Shown here one piece after another: positions 22,667-32,054 of a stretch of 64,000 nt of DNA; positions within the stretch are counted from its first letter, which is position 1, and every line of letters begins with the position of its first letter. The stretch is taken from positions 4,416,001 to 4,480,000 of the forward strand of contig OZ251518.1 in the NCBI GenBank assembly GCA_965242965.1, written 5' to 3'. Both the position numbers and the translations under genes were made by a program. The DNA comes from Candidatus Poribacteria bacterium. GTDB lineage: Bacteria; Poribacteria; WGA-4E; WGA-3G. The notes under the pieces were generated by a model that did no database searches, was not told the DNA's origin, and worked only from the letters and a program-made list of their open reading frames with translations.

Positions 22667-22851
22667 CGCGGGGGACAGGCCCCCGCGCTACGGTATCCAA
22701 AACGGTCTCTCTTAACCGTAGGGCTTGGGCCCTCGGATGCCACACGCGCATCCGAGCGGGTTTCCCTCGCCATGCAACGATCGCGGGGGACAGGCCCCCG
22801 CGCTACGGTGAGTTCGGGATGTTCGCGGGGGACAGGCCCCCGCGCTACGGT
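22667..22851. repeat. REP cluster
   Basis: Three family B units and one nested-hairpin family A unit. Confidence 0.9.
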
Positions 22852-22884
22852 TCGTGATGCTCGCGGACGAATGGGGAAATTTTT

Positions 22885-23283
22885 ATGCTTCATGCGCACA
22901 AATACGCCGTGCATTTTGATATTCTCCCAGAGATTACCTATCTCAATGAGACGTTACCTGAATTAATAGCGGATTTGCTCCCGCTTTTCCGCGGTTTCCC
23001 TGAAGAGGTATGGATTTCGCAGCGGCGCGTTGACGAAGGACTCGATTTCTGCCGCGTCATTTTCTGGGCATTTTCCGAATCGCCGGAAGCGATTAAGACG
23101 TTTGGCATCTGGTTTCAGGCACTCTTCCGGGAGTCCCAAGTCTCGGAAACGCTGGAACGTCTCGTGACATGCGCTTTGGAGACAGCGGAGGAACTTGAGG
23201 TAGGACTTACCGATTGGACGCGGTTGCATGCGACAGAGGCGGAGATTGCCGAGGCGATTCGGGTTTTCAAGCGCGAAGTATAA
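22885..23283 (+). CDS. Hypothetical protein
   Basis: 132-aa ORF with plausible composition filling the gap; no motif recognised. Confidence 0.6.
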   Translation: MLHAHKYAVHFDILPEITYLNETLPELIADLLPLFRGFPEEVWISQRRVDEGLDFCRVIFWAFSESPEAIKTFGIWFQALFRESQVSETLERLVTCALETAEELEVGLTDWTRLHATEAEIAEAIRVFKREV

Positions 23284-23355
23284 GGCGAGATGTCTCTATC
23301 TGCCTGTCATTCGGCGTGGATAGACATCTGTAGAAAAGAAAAAACAGAAATTAGG

Positions 23356-23385
23356 TTGACATCACGAAATAAAATATGGTATACT
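23356..23385 (+). promoter_or_regulatory. Putative sigma70-type promoter of lolA-pgsA-thpR-recA
   Basis: TTGACA-18 bp-TATACT. Confidence 0.55.
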
Positions 23386-23441
23386 ATATAAACAGTGCAT
23401 AGAAAACGCATTCGGTGCGTAGATGAGGAGTTTTTGGAGTT

Positions 23442-24161
23442 ATGAGACACATTTATTGGTGCATCCTGCTGATGCTCCTTGCAGTCGGGAATGGAGTTGG
23501 CAACCCCGATGCATACACGGTAGACGAAATTTTTCATCACTTCAAAGTGGCTTACGATAAATCCGAGAATTTCAGTGCCAACTTTGAGGAGACGACGCTG
23601 TTCGCTGATAAGCGGAACGTCGCGCGCGGCAGGCTGGTATTCGGCAAACCGAATCTGTTCCGAAAGGAATATGTTGACAGGAAGGATGCCTCAAAGGTAG
23701 TCCAGTTGACTATCTTAGATGGGGAATACGGTTGGACTTACACGCCGCTCCTCAACCAAGTCAATAAGATGAAGTGGAACAGTGCAGACCGGCGTGAACT
23801 CGTGCCGGGCATTGGCGCGTCGCTTGAGGATGTCCCGAAAAACTATGAGATGGCACTCATCCCCGATGAAGCCGCGAATCCGAAGGGGGTTTACCAAATT
23901 CGGCTAACTCCCAAGCCGCACATGATGCGCGCTCGCACGGAGGCAGTCCGCGAGCAGATGAAAGAGACGATTGAAATCTGGGTAGAGGCTGACGAGTGGC
24001 TGCCGGTGCAATTTGGCTATATCACCGAACTCGCAAACGGCACCTCGCAGAGCATCATCGTGTCGCTTACGCAAATTGAACGCGACAAGCCGCTCACGCC
24101 AGACCTGTTCAAGTTTGTCGTGCCAAAAGATGCAGAGGTAATCGATCTCTCTGAAAACTAA
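23442..24161 (+). CDS. lolA: Outer-membrane lipoprotein carrier LolA family protein
   Basis: Signal peptide, FSANFEE, KPNLFR, DGEYGWTYTP, C-terminal FKFVVPKDAEVID. Confidence 0.75.
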   Translation: MRHIYWCILLMLLAVGNGVGNPDAYTVDEIFHHFKVAYDKSENFSANFEETTLFADKRNVARGRLVFGKPNLFRKEYVDRKDASKVVQLTILDGEYGWTYTPLLNQVNKMKWNSADRRELVPGIGASLEDVPKNYEMALIPDEAANPKGVYQIRLTPKPHMMRARTEAVREQMKETIEIWVEADEWLPVQFGYITELANGTSQSIIVSLTQIERDKPLTPDLFKFVVPKDAEVIDLSEN

Positions 24162-24253
24162 CGTTTTCCAGAGTGCCCACGATGTGCGCGCCTGGAACGC
24201 GCGCCTACCGGCGGGAACACCCGCTGCCGCTATCGGCGACAGCGCAAACGCTT

Positions 24254-24871
24254 ATGAATTTTCGCACCCTGTTACGGTTGGCAAATCTGCTGACGCTTTT
24301 ACGGCTGTTTCTGGTTCCGCCGTTAATGCTCTGTTTTCGGGCGGATCTGATGCTTCCTGCACTGCTCATCTTCGGGTTTGCTGCTGCGACAGACCATTTT
24401 GATGGCAAGATTGCCCGTCGGCAAGGTGTGACAGGGTTCGGGACATTCATGGATCCGCTCGCCGATAAACTGTTAGTGGCGGCGACATTAATCTGCCTAA
24501 CCCGTTTTGAAGGTGTCGAAGGCGGGATGATTCCTGCATGGATGGTTGTCACGATTATCGGCAGGGAATTCATCGTCACCGGGCTCCGCGTTGTCTTTGT
24601 GACGAGATACGGTGAGGTAGTCTCGGCGAATAGGTGGGGCAAATACAAGACGCTCTCGCAGCTCATCGTCATCTCGATTAGCCTCGCACTGCTGGCGTTC
24701 TGGGAAGACGGGCCGAGGATTGTTCACCCGCGGGGGCCCATATACTTTATGATGTATCTTCCGTTGGTGCTAACGGTGGTATCGGGACTGGAATTTTTGC
24801 TGCGGAACCGCAAGTTCCTCACAGATTTGATGCTGACTACCGATGGCGATGATGCAGGAGTTGACGAGTGA
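24254..24871 (+). CDS. pgsA: CDP-diacylglycerol--glycerol-3-phosphate 3-phosphatidyltransferase
   Basis: NLLTLLR, DHFDGKIARR..FGTFMDPLADK, REFIVTGLR, GKYKT. Confidence 0.88.
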   Translation: MNFRTLLRLANLLTLLRLFLVPPLMLCFRADLMLPALLIFGFAAATDHFDGKIARRQGVTGFGTFMDPLADKLLVAATLICLTRFEGVEGGMIPAWMVVTIIGREFIVTGLRVVFVTRYGEVVSANRWGKYKTLSQLIVISISLALLAFWEDGPRIVHPRGPIYFMMYLPLVLTVVSGLEFLLRNRKFLTDLMLTTDGDDAGVDE

Positions 24872-25449
24872 TGCAAACTATCCGCTGTTTTGTGGCAGTT
24901 GAGGTGCAGGACGAAGTGCAGGCGTTATTCTCCCCGGTGCAAGCGTTGCTCCGGTCGGCGGTGCAATCTGGAGGCGGACGCGCGTCGTGGACGCGGCGCG
25001 GCAATTTCCATCTCACGTTGAAGTTCCTCGGCGATGTCCGCGGTGACGCAATCGATGACATTGGCGCGGCACTTCAGGCAGTCACTGTGGCGCAACGTTC
25101 ATTTTCTATGGAGATTGGCGGTATCGGCGCGTTTCCTAATATGAACAGGCCGCGAGTCCTGTGGGTAGGGATAAAACAGGGCACGGAGGCTGTCACGCGG
25201 TTAGCGGAAGCAGTGAATCATCAATTGGCGGGCATCGGCTACCCGGCAGAAAGTCGGTTTCATCCGCATCTCACGCTGGCGCGGTTGCGAAATCGGGTAA
25301 ATCTGAAACCGCAGGTGCATCTTTTTACGAAATATGATATAATTAATGACGCTACCGTGAACGTGAATAAAATTGTCTTAATGCGGAGCCAACTGCATCC
25401 GAAGGGTGCTGTCTACACGCCGTTGAAAATGTGTCATTTTTCTCGCTAA
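24868..25449 (+). CDS. thpR: RNA 2',3'-cyclic phosphodiesterase (2H family)
   Basis: Two HxT motifs (HLTLKFLG, HLTLAR), FPN..PRVLW; located upstream of recA. Confidence 0.9.
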   Translation: MMQTIRCFVAVEVQDEVQALFSPVQALLRSAVQSGGGRASWTRRGNFHLTLKFLGDVRGDAIDDIGAALQAVTVAQRSFSMEIGGIGAFPNMNRPRVLWVGIKQGTEAVTRLAEAVNHQLAGIGYPAESRFHPHLTLARLRNRVNLKPQVHLFTKYDIINDATVNVNKIVLMRSQLHPKGAVYTPLKMCHFSR

Positions 25450-25561
25450 TTCGGTATCATTTTTTTAGCACGGGCGCGGCGTTCCGCGCGCGTGAATGCC
25501 CTTTATTAGGGCAAACGTGGATGTTACAATCCGCGGCAAACAGAGGAGAGGTTCGGATAAA

Positions 25562-26614
25562 ATGTTAGACCCAAAAAAACAAAAAGTCATCGATCAGGCG
25601 ATCTCGCAGATCGAACGTGAATTCGGCAAAGGCGCGATTATGCGCTTCACCGATGGCGAGGTAGTCCCTGTTGAATCCATCCCCACCGGCTCGCTCGCGT
25701 TGGACCTGGCACTCGGTGTCGGCGGTGTGCCGCGCGGCAGAATCGTCGAAATTTATGGACATGAAGGCACCGGAAAAACCACCTTGTGCCTCCACATCGT
25801 CGCCGAAGTCCAAAAATTGGGCGGCACCGCCGTGTTCGTTGATGTTGAACACGCGTTGGACACGACTTACGCACGCAACATCGGCGTGAACATGGAGAAC
25901 CTGCTCATCGCGCAGCCCGATGCCGGCGAACAGGCTCTGGAAATCGTCGAGACGCTCATCCGGAGTGGCGCGATTGATTTGGTGGTTATTGACTCTGTCG
26001 CGGCGTTGACACCGCAGGCAGAGATTGAAGGCGAAATGGGCGACGCGCACGTCGGATTGCTGCCGCGCTTGATGTCCAAGGCACTCCGAAAACTGTCGGG
26101 GGTTACCAATAAATCCCAAACCTGTGTTATCTTTACCAACCAGATTCGTCAAAAAATCGGGGTAATGTTCGGGAATCCGGATACGACACCCGGCGGCCTC
26201 GCGCTGAAGTTCCACGCCTCTGTCCGTTTGGAGCTGCGCCGCGGACAGCAGATCAAGGATGGAACAGATGTCCTTGGAACCGGTGTCCGCGTCAAGGTTG
26301 TGAAAAACAAAGTCGCGCCACCTTTCAAGGAAGTTGAATACGACGTAACCTTCGGCAAAGGCATTTCCAAAGCCGGCAACCTTTTGGATATCGCTGTCAA
26401 TCAGGAATTCATCCAGAAGAGCGGTTCCTGGTTCTCCTATAACGGGGAACGCATTGGCCAGGGCAGGAACAATGTCAAGCAATATCTGGAGGATAATCCG
26501 GAAGTTGCCGATAAAATCGAGGCGCAGATTCGAGAGGCACTTGCCCTCACGTCGCGTCCTGCAGCGGAGAACGCCGAGAACGACGAGAACGCCGAAGTTG
26601 AGGAAGTGGCGTAA
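25562..26614 (+). CDS. recA: Recombinase A
   Basis: [48 protein letters not shown]. Confidence 0.97.
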   Translation: MLDPKKQKVIDQAISQIEREFGKGAIMRFTDGEVVPVESIPTGSLALDLALGVGGVPRGRIVEIYGHEGTGKTTLCLHIVAEVQKLGGTAVFVDVEHALDTTYARNIGVNMENLLIAQPDAGEQALEIVETLIRSGAIDLVVIDSVAALTPQAEIEGEMGDAHVGLLPRLMSKALRKLSGVTNKSQTCVIFTNQIRQKIGVMFGNPDTTPGGLALKFHASVRLELRRGQQIKDGTDVLGTGVRVKVVKNKVAPPFKEVEYDVTFGKGISKAGNLLDIAVNQEFIQKSGSWFSYNGERIGQGRNNVKQYLEDNPEVADKIEAQIREALALTSRPAAENAENDENAEVEEVA

Positions 26615-26629
26615 GCGGGGTGAACGGCA

Positions 26630-26667
26630 GTATGTGGGGGTGGATTTTCATATCCACCCCCACATAC
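26630..26667 (+). terminator. Strong hairpin after recA (terminator-like, no U-tract)
   Basis: Perfect 16-bp stem GTATGTGGGGGTGGAT / ATCCACCCCCACATAC with a 6-nt loop. Confidence 0.6.
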
Positions 26668-26718
26668 CGCGGCGACAGCATTCTCCCTCGCGTGCGTGAA
26701 AAATCGTCTCCATTTTTC

Positions 26719-26747
26719 TTGACATAATTTTTTCCGCGTGTTATATT
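26719..26747 (+). promoter_or_regulatory. Putative promoter of the Pup-proteasome operon
   Basis: TTGACA-17 bp-TATATT with an extended -10 TG. Confidence 0.6.
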
Positions 26748-26910
26748 TTAATGCAGGATGGCCGCCGCGACCGGTCCCAATTAGTTGGGGTGGATAGTTA
26801 ACCACATCTACCCTCACACATCGTGTTTGAGATGTTAACCTTGCAAGTGATACCAAATGCTTCTCTGTCGTTTTGGTATGAGTGGCTTGCAGTCAGGAGA
26901 ACTTCCCGTA

Positions 26911-28638
26911 ATGGCTAGAAAAAGAGGTAATCCCAAAGATTCCTTCCTAGATGAATTAGAATCCGATGAGGAGCAGCCGATATCCGAGGAGGTGTGGTAT
27001 CAACAGCAGATCCGGCACCTCCAGCAGCAAGTCGGGCACCTCAAGCAGGAGTTGATGCAGACGCATCGGCGCAACCGTCAGCTCACCAATGTTCTTCAAG
27101 AGGCGAAAGAGAAACTGGAAATCCTCAAGGAGAAGGTCGAGCAACTCAGCGCACCACCGAATAACTACGGGGTTTTCCTAGGGTTAAACGACGACGGCAC
27201 CGTGGATATTGATGTCAACGGTAGAAAGTGGCGCGTCAACCTGGACCCGAGCATCAAGCCGAAGGACCTCGAGGTAGGACAGCAGGTCATCGTCAATAGC
27301 GGTATGAACGTCATCGGTATCAAAGATGCAACGCAGCACGGCGATGTCGTCAAACTGAAGGAACGCCTGAGCGATGAGCGCGCCATCGTCAGTTTCCGAA
27401 CCGATGAAGAACGGCTCGTCAGACTCTCTGATTCACTCAGGGATGAGCCGCTGAAACTCGGCGATAACGTTCTCCTGGACCACGGTAGCGGGATGCTCAT
27501 CGAGAAACTGCCGAAACATGAGGTGGAGGACTTGCTCCTGGAAGAAGTGCCGGATATCGGCTATGGAGACATCGGCGGCTTGGATACGCAGATAGAAGCC
27601 ATCCGCGATGCCATCGAAATGCCTTATCTCTACCCGGCCGAGTATCAAGAGTTCGACCTCGCGCCCCCGAAGGGTGTGCTCCTCTACGGGCCGCCCGGCT
27701 GCGGGAAAACGTTAATCGCCCGCGCTGTCGCCAGCGGCATCGCCGCGCGCGTCCGAAAGCAAACCGGCAGGGACGATGTCCGCAGTTATTTCATTAACAT
27801 CAAGGGACCGGAGTTGCTGAACAAGTATGTCGGCGAGACTGAACGGAAGATCCGGGAGGTATTCCAAAAGGCGCGCGACAAATCGCGGGAAGGCTTTCCT
27901 GTCATCATCTTTTTTGACGAAATGGACTCGCTCTTCCGCTCCAGAGGCATGGGCATCTCATCGGATATGGAATCGACGCTGGTGCCGCAGTTCCTCTCCG
28001 AAATTGATGGCGTGGAAAACCTGCACGATGTCATCGTCATCGGCGCGAGCAACCGGCAAGACCTGCTGGATCCCGCCGTTTTACGTCCCGGCAGACTTGA
28101 TATTAAAATCAAGATCGACCGGCCCAACCTTGACGGTGCCAAGGATATCTTCGGGATATACCTCACCCCAGAGCTCCCCTTCGCCAAAGATGAATCCGAA
28201 CGTTTCAACGGTGATGCGCACGCGATTGCCAGCCACCTCATCGAGAAGGCCGTAGACGAAATGTACGCGACGAAGGATGAGAATCGGTTTATTGAGGTTA
28301 CCTATGCGCGCGGCGAGCGCGAAACCCTCTTTTTCAAGGACTTTGTCAGCGGTGCGATGATTAGGAACATCGTCTCGCGGGCTAAGAAAACGGCGATTAA
28401 GCGGCTCATCGCCTCCGAAGGCAAAGAAAAGGGGATTTGCCTCGCCGACATGCAGAGTGCCATCCGCGAGGAATACCACGAAAACGAAGATCTGCCGAAT
28501 ACGACTAACCCCGATGACTGGGCGAAAATTTCCGGGCGGAAGGGTGAAAAGATTGTCAACATCCGCGCCTTGATTAATGAGCCTGGTAACGACAGGAAAC
28601 AGGATGTGCGCGTCACCCGCGGTGGGACGTTCTTCTAA
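26911..28638 (+). CDS. arc: Proteasome-associated AAA ATPase ARC/Mpa
   Basis: N-terminal coiled coil, PP hinge, OB domains, GPPGCGKT, KGPELLNKYVGETER, FFDEMD, NEDLPNTTNPDDWAKISG. Confidence 0.95.
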   Translation: MARKRGNPKDSFLDELESDEEQPISEEVWYQQQIRHLQQQVGHLKQELMQTHRRNRQLTNVLQEAKEKLEILKEKVEQLSAPPNNYGVFLGLNDDGTVDIDVNGRKWRVNLDPSIKPKDLEVGQQVIVNSGMNVIGIKDATQHGDVVKLKERLSDERAIVSFRTDEERLVRLSDSLRDEPLKLGDNVLLDHGSGMLIEKLPKHEVEDLLLEEVPDIGYGDIGGLDTQIEAIRDAIEMPYLYPAEYQEFDLAPPKGVLLYGPPGCGKTLIARAVASGIAARVRKQTGRDDVRSYFINIKGPELLNKYVGETERKIREVFQKARDKSREGFPVIIFFDEMDSLFRSRGMGISSDMESTLVPQFLSEIDGVENLHDVIVIGASNRQDLLDPAVLRPGRLDIKIKIDRPNLDGAKDIFGIYLTPELPFAKDESERFNGDAHAIASHLIEKAVDEMYATKDENRFIEVTYARGERETLFFKDFVSGAMIRNIVSRAKKTAIKRLIASEGKEKGICLADMQSAIREEYHENEDLPNTTNPDDWAKISGRKGEKIVNIRALINEPGNDRKQDVRVTRGGTFF

Positions 28639-28688
28639 AAACGCTTCGGTGGACATCCGGAGAATTGGTAAACACTTTGGTAAGCACT

Positions 28689-30176
28689 ATGGAAGTCCCA
28701 ATAATCATGGGAACAGAAACCGAATACGGCATCTCAGTGAAAAACGCGCGAGAGCAAGATCCGGTTGCTGCGTCCACACTCGTTGTCAACGCGTATAAAA
28801 GCAGGAGTGCCCGCTCTGTCACGTGGGATTACGAACAGGAGAGCCCGTTGATGGACGCGCGCGGGTTTGTCGCCGATGGTGAACAGCCGGCTTTGGATTC
28901 CATTGAGAACAGCGTTGTCAACGACGTTTTGCTGAACGGGGGCCGTTACTACGTAGATCACGCGCATCCAGAGTATTGCACCCCGGAATGCACAAACGCC
29001 CGCGCACTGTTGCTCTATGAGAAGGCGGGCGAATTCATCTTGGAAGTCAGCAGATTGGCGGCGGAACGCCTCCTGCTGGACAATCAGGAAGTTATCATCT
29101 ATAAAAACAACACGGATTACAAAGGGCACAGTTACGGTTCGCACGAAAACTATCTCATGTCGCGCGATGTGCCGTTTGAAGCCATCGTTAACGGGCTGAC
29201 ACCCTTCCTTGTCACTCGGATTGTGATTACCGGCAGCGGCAAAGTCGGTGCCGAAAATGGCACAGAGGAGACAGGGTATCAGCTCTCACAGCGTGCAGAT
29301 TTTTTTCAGAAAGAGGTTGGACTCAGCACTATGGTAGACCGGCCCCTGATTAACACGCGCGATGAACCGCACGCAGATGAGAAACACTATCGCCGGCTGC
29401 ACGTCATCGTCGGCGATTCTAACATGTCCGAATTCAGCATCTATCTGAAGGTGGGCATTACGGCTATCGTGTTGCAACTGATAGAAAAAGGCGTTGTCGG
29501 CGAAAAATTCCGTTTGAAAGAGCCGGTCGCGGCGATAAAGAGCATCTCGCGGGATTTGTCGTGTCAGCATCGAATAGAGCTCGCTGATGGACGGATGTGG
29601 AGCCCGATAGAGGTGCAGCGCGCCTACTTGGAATTGGCGCAGCAACACCTCGCCGCCGATGCTTCACCTGTCATTGAAGACGTGCTTGAAAAATGGGACT
29701 ACGTGCTGACGGTTTTGGGCGAAGATCCGATGCTTCTGAGCCGTCATCTTGACTGGGTAATCAAGAAGAAATTAATGGATGCGTACCGCAAGCGGCACGG
29801 ATTCACATGGGACGATGCGCGTGTGCGGATGCTTGATTTGCAGTATCATGACATTCGTCCAGCGAAAGGACTTTACCTGCGGCTACTGAAAAATGGGCAT
29901 GTTGAACGGTTGCTTACGAACGAGGAGATCGTTCAGGCGATGAATTATCCGCCTGTGGATACGCGCGCCTATTTCCGCGGGACCTGCTTGCGAAAGTTTC
30001 CGAATCACATTCACAGTGCTAGTTGGAACTCTATGGTTTTTAAGGGCCCGAAAGGGTTCAACAAAATCATGATGGAGCGTCCCCATTTTGGCACACAACA
30101 GCTTGTCGGCGAGTTGCTAAACTCTTGCACGGCAGAAGAACTCGTTAAGGAAATTAAAGCGAACGCTTCCGAATGA
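28689..30176 (+). CDS. dop: Pup deamidase/depupylase Dop
   Basis: GTETEYG, YVDHAHPEY, SHENY, RDEPHAD, RRLHVIVGDSN; located upstream of pup. Confidence 0.92.
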   Translation: MEVPIIMGTETEYGISVKNAREQDPVAASTLVVNAYKSRSARSVTWDYEQESPLMDARGFVADGEQPALDSIENSVVNDVLLNGGRYYVDHAHPEYCTPECTNARALLLYEKAGEFILEVSRLAAERLLLDNQEVIIYKNNTDYKGHSYGSHENYLMSRDVPFEAIVNGLTPFLVTRIVITGSGKVGAENGTEETGYQLSQRADFFQKEVGLSTMVDRPLINTRDEPHADEKHYRRLHVIVGDSNMSEFSIYLKVGITAIVLQLIEKGVVGEKFRLKEPVAAIKSISRDLSCQHRIELADGRMWSPIEVQRAYLELAQQHLAADASPVIEDVLEKWDYVLTVLGEDPMLLSRHLDWVIKKKLMDAYRKRHGFTWDDARVRMLDLQYHDIRPAKGLYLRLLKNGHVERLLTNEEIVQAMNYPPVDTRAYFRGTCLRKFPNHIHSASWNSMVFKGPKGFNKIMMERPHFGTQQLVGELLNSCTAEELVKEIKANASE

Positions 30177-30218
30177 CGGTATACCGATAGGGATACCTGT
30201 TATTGCAGCGGCTAGGAA

Positions 30219-30303
30219 CATCGAGACCGGGAGGTCTCGCCTACCGAATCGAGACCGGGAGGTCTCGCCTACTGGTTCGTAGGGCGAGGGCCTGTCCCTC
30301 GCC
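30219..30303. repeat. REP cluster between dop and pup
   Basis: Two family C units and one family A unit. Confidence 0.88.
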
Positions 30304-30335
30304 ATGATAGGGATAACTGACAATTCAAGGAGAAA

Positions 30336-30536
30336 ATGATGAAAACCGAAAGACAGCAAGAACACCGCGAACACCGCGTGGATGAAACCGAAGATATCCA
30401 GCCTACCGATGTAGACGCTGGTATGGACGAGGAGTTCGCCGAAGATTTGGACGAACTGCTTGACGAGATCGACGAGATTTTGGAAGAGGATTCCGAGGAG
30501 TTCGTCGAGAACTACATCCAACGGGGAGGGCAGTAG
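30336..30536 (+). CDS. pup: Prokaryotic ubiquitin-like protein Pup
   Basis: 66 aa, acidic, DELLDEIDEILE..FVENYIQRGGQ. Confidence 0.95.
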   Translation: MMKTERQQEHREHRVDETEDIQPTDVDAGMDEEFAEDLDELLDEIDEILEEDSEEFVENYIQRGGQ

Positions 30537-30538
30537 GC

Positions 30539-31321
30539 TTGCTAGAGCTCGGCGATTACGGGACTTCCGATTTCTTTCAGATTCTGAAGCGGCGGCACCC
30601 TGAACTGCTTGCTTCGTTGGACGCGCCCGCGGCGCACCCGGCTGATATTCGGCCTTACGAAGGCACCACGGTCTTGGCAGTCGTTTACGGTGAGGGAATC
30701 GTCATTGCCGGTGACCGGCAGGCAACGGAAGGCTATCAGGTAGGCGAACGCCGCATCCAAAAAGTCTACCAGATCGACAAGCGTTCTGCGATAGCCATTG
30801 CCGGCGCGGCAGGTCCGTGCATCGAGATGGCGAAACTCTTCCGAGTGGAGGTAGAGTTTTATGAGAAGACAGAAGGCGTGAGTCTCAGTCTGGAGGGGCA
30901 GGCGAACTTCTTGGCGCACTTGGTGCGCGCTAATTTGGGGCTCGCCATGCAGGGGTTAATCGTTTTGCCGCTCTTCGCCGGCTACGATGCGCGGCGGCAG
31001 CGCGGCCGTATCTTCAAATACGATGCCATCGGTGGCCGCTATGAGGAAGACGACTATTACGCCATCGGTTCCGGCGGCAAGGATGCGCGTGCGACGTTGA
31101 AAAAGCGGTATCGTCCCGGGTTATCGCGGCAAGACGCGCTCGGCATCGTGGCGGAGGCACTCTGGGATGCCGCCGATGAGGATATCGCTACCGGCGGCCC
31201 AGATCTCATCAGGAAGATTTTCCCGACGATGAACCTGATTACCGAAGCCGGTGTCACCGAAATTCCTGATGCTACCGTGGAAGGCATTTATCGGGAACTC
31301 ATCTCACGCCTAGAGCAATAA
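30539..31321 (+). CDS. prcB: 20S proteasome beta subunit
   Basis: Propeptide then G/TT catalytic Thr, AGDRQAT, GSG, DAADED..TGG. Confidence 0.95.
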   Translation: MLELGDYGTSDFFQILKRRHPELLASLDAPAAHPADIRPYEGTTVLAVVYGEGIVIAGDRQATEGYQVGERRIQKVYQIDKRSAIAIAGAAGPCIEMAKLFRVEVEFYEKTEGVSLSLEGQANFLAHLVRANLGLAMQGLIVLPLFAGYDARRQRGRIFKYDAIGGRYEEDDYYAIGSGGKDARATLKKRYRPGLSRQDALGIVAEALWDAADEDIATGGPDLIRKIFPTMNLITEAGVTEIPDATVEGIYRELISRLEQ

Positions 31322-31334
31322 GGAGGGCGGCTGC

Positions 31335-32054
31335 GTGTCCACACCCTATTATGTCTCGTCGGAGCAGATTCGTCAGGATAAAGAGGATTTTGTCCGCCGA
31401 GGCATTCAGCAGGCAAAAGAGGTTATCGTTTTGGAATACCGAGACGGCCTCGTCATGGTGGCGGAGAACCCGCGCAAAACCACCTTTAAAATCTCCGAAA
31501 TTTACGATAGGATTGCGCTGGCATCAGCGGGACGTATCGCTGAATACGAGGCACTCCGCGTCGCCGGCATCCGTGAAGCTGAAATTAAGGGCTTCCGCTA
31601 CTACCGCGAGGATGTCACAGCGAAGTGGCTGACGAACCTCTATTCACAGCACATGGGCGCGGTCGCGCAGGCATGGGATGCGAAACCGCTAGAGATTGAG
31701 CTCCTCGTCTGTGAAGTAGGTAGCGACGAAAGCCGCCCCGGCAATCAGATTTACCACATCGCATTTGATGGCATCTATTGGGAAGAGGAAAAATATGCTG
31801 TCATCGGTGGGCGCGCGGCGGCAATCCGCGAGATGCTTGAGCAGGAATATGCCGATGAGTTAACGCTGATGGCGGCGGTGCAACTCGCAACGCGGTGCTT
31901 TCAGGCAGTTGAAGCCGATGCGGCAGAGACTTATGACATCACGCCGCAGACAATCGAGGTAGCGTGTCTGGAGCAAAGTGCAGAACGGCGCAAATTCCGG
32001 CGGCTCTCCCCGCAGGAGGTTGCCGAACGACTAAGGACAGACGATGCAACGTAG
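31335..32054 (+). CDS. prcA: 20S proteasome alpha subunit
   Basis: PYYVSSEQ..DK, AENP, KISEIYDRIA, C-terminal RRKFRRL. Confidence 0.93.
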   Translation: MSTPYYVSSEQIRQDKEDFVRRGIQQAKEVIVLEYRDGLVMVAENPRKTTFKISEIYDRIALASAGRIAEYEALRVAGIREAEIKGFRYYREDVTAKWLTNLYSQHMGAVAQAWDAKPLEIELLVCEVGSDESRPGNQIYHIAFDGIYWEEEKYAVIGGRAAAIREMLEQEYADELTLMAAVQLATRCFQAVEADAAETYDITPQTIEVACLEQSAERRKFRRLSPQEVAERLRTDDAT

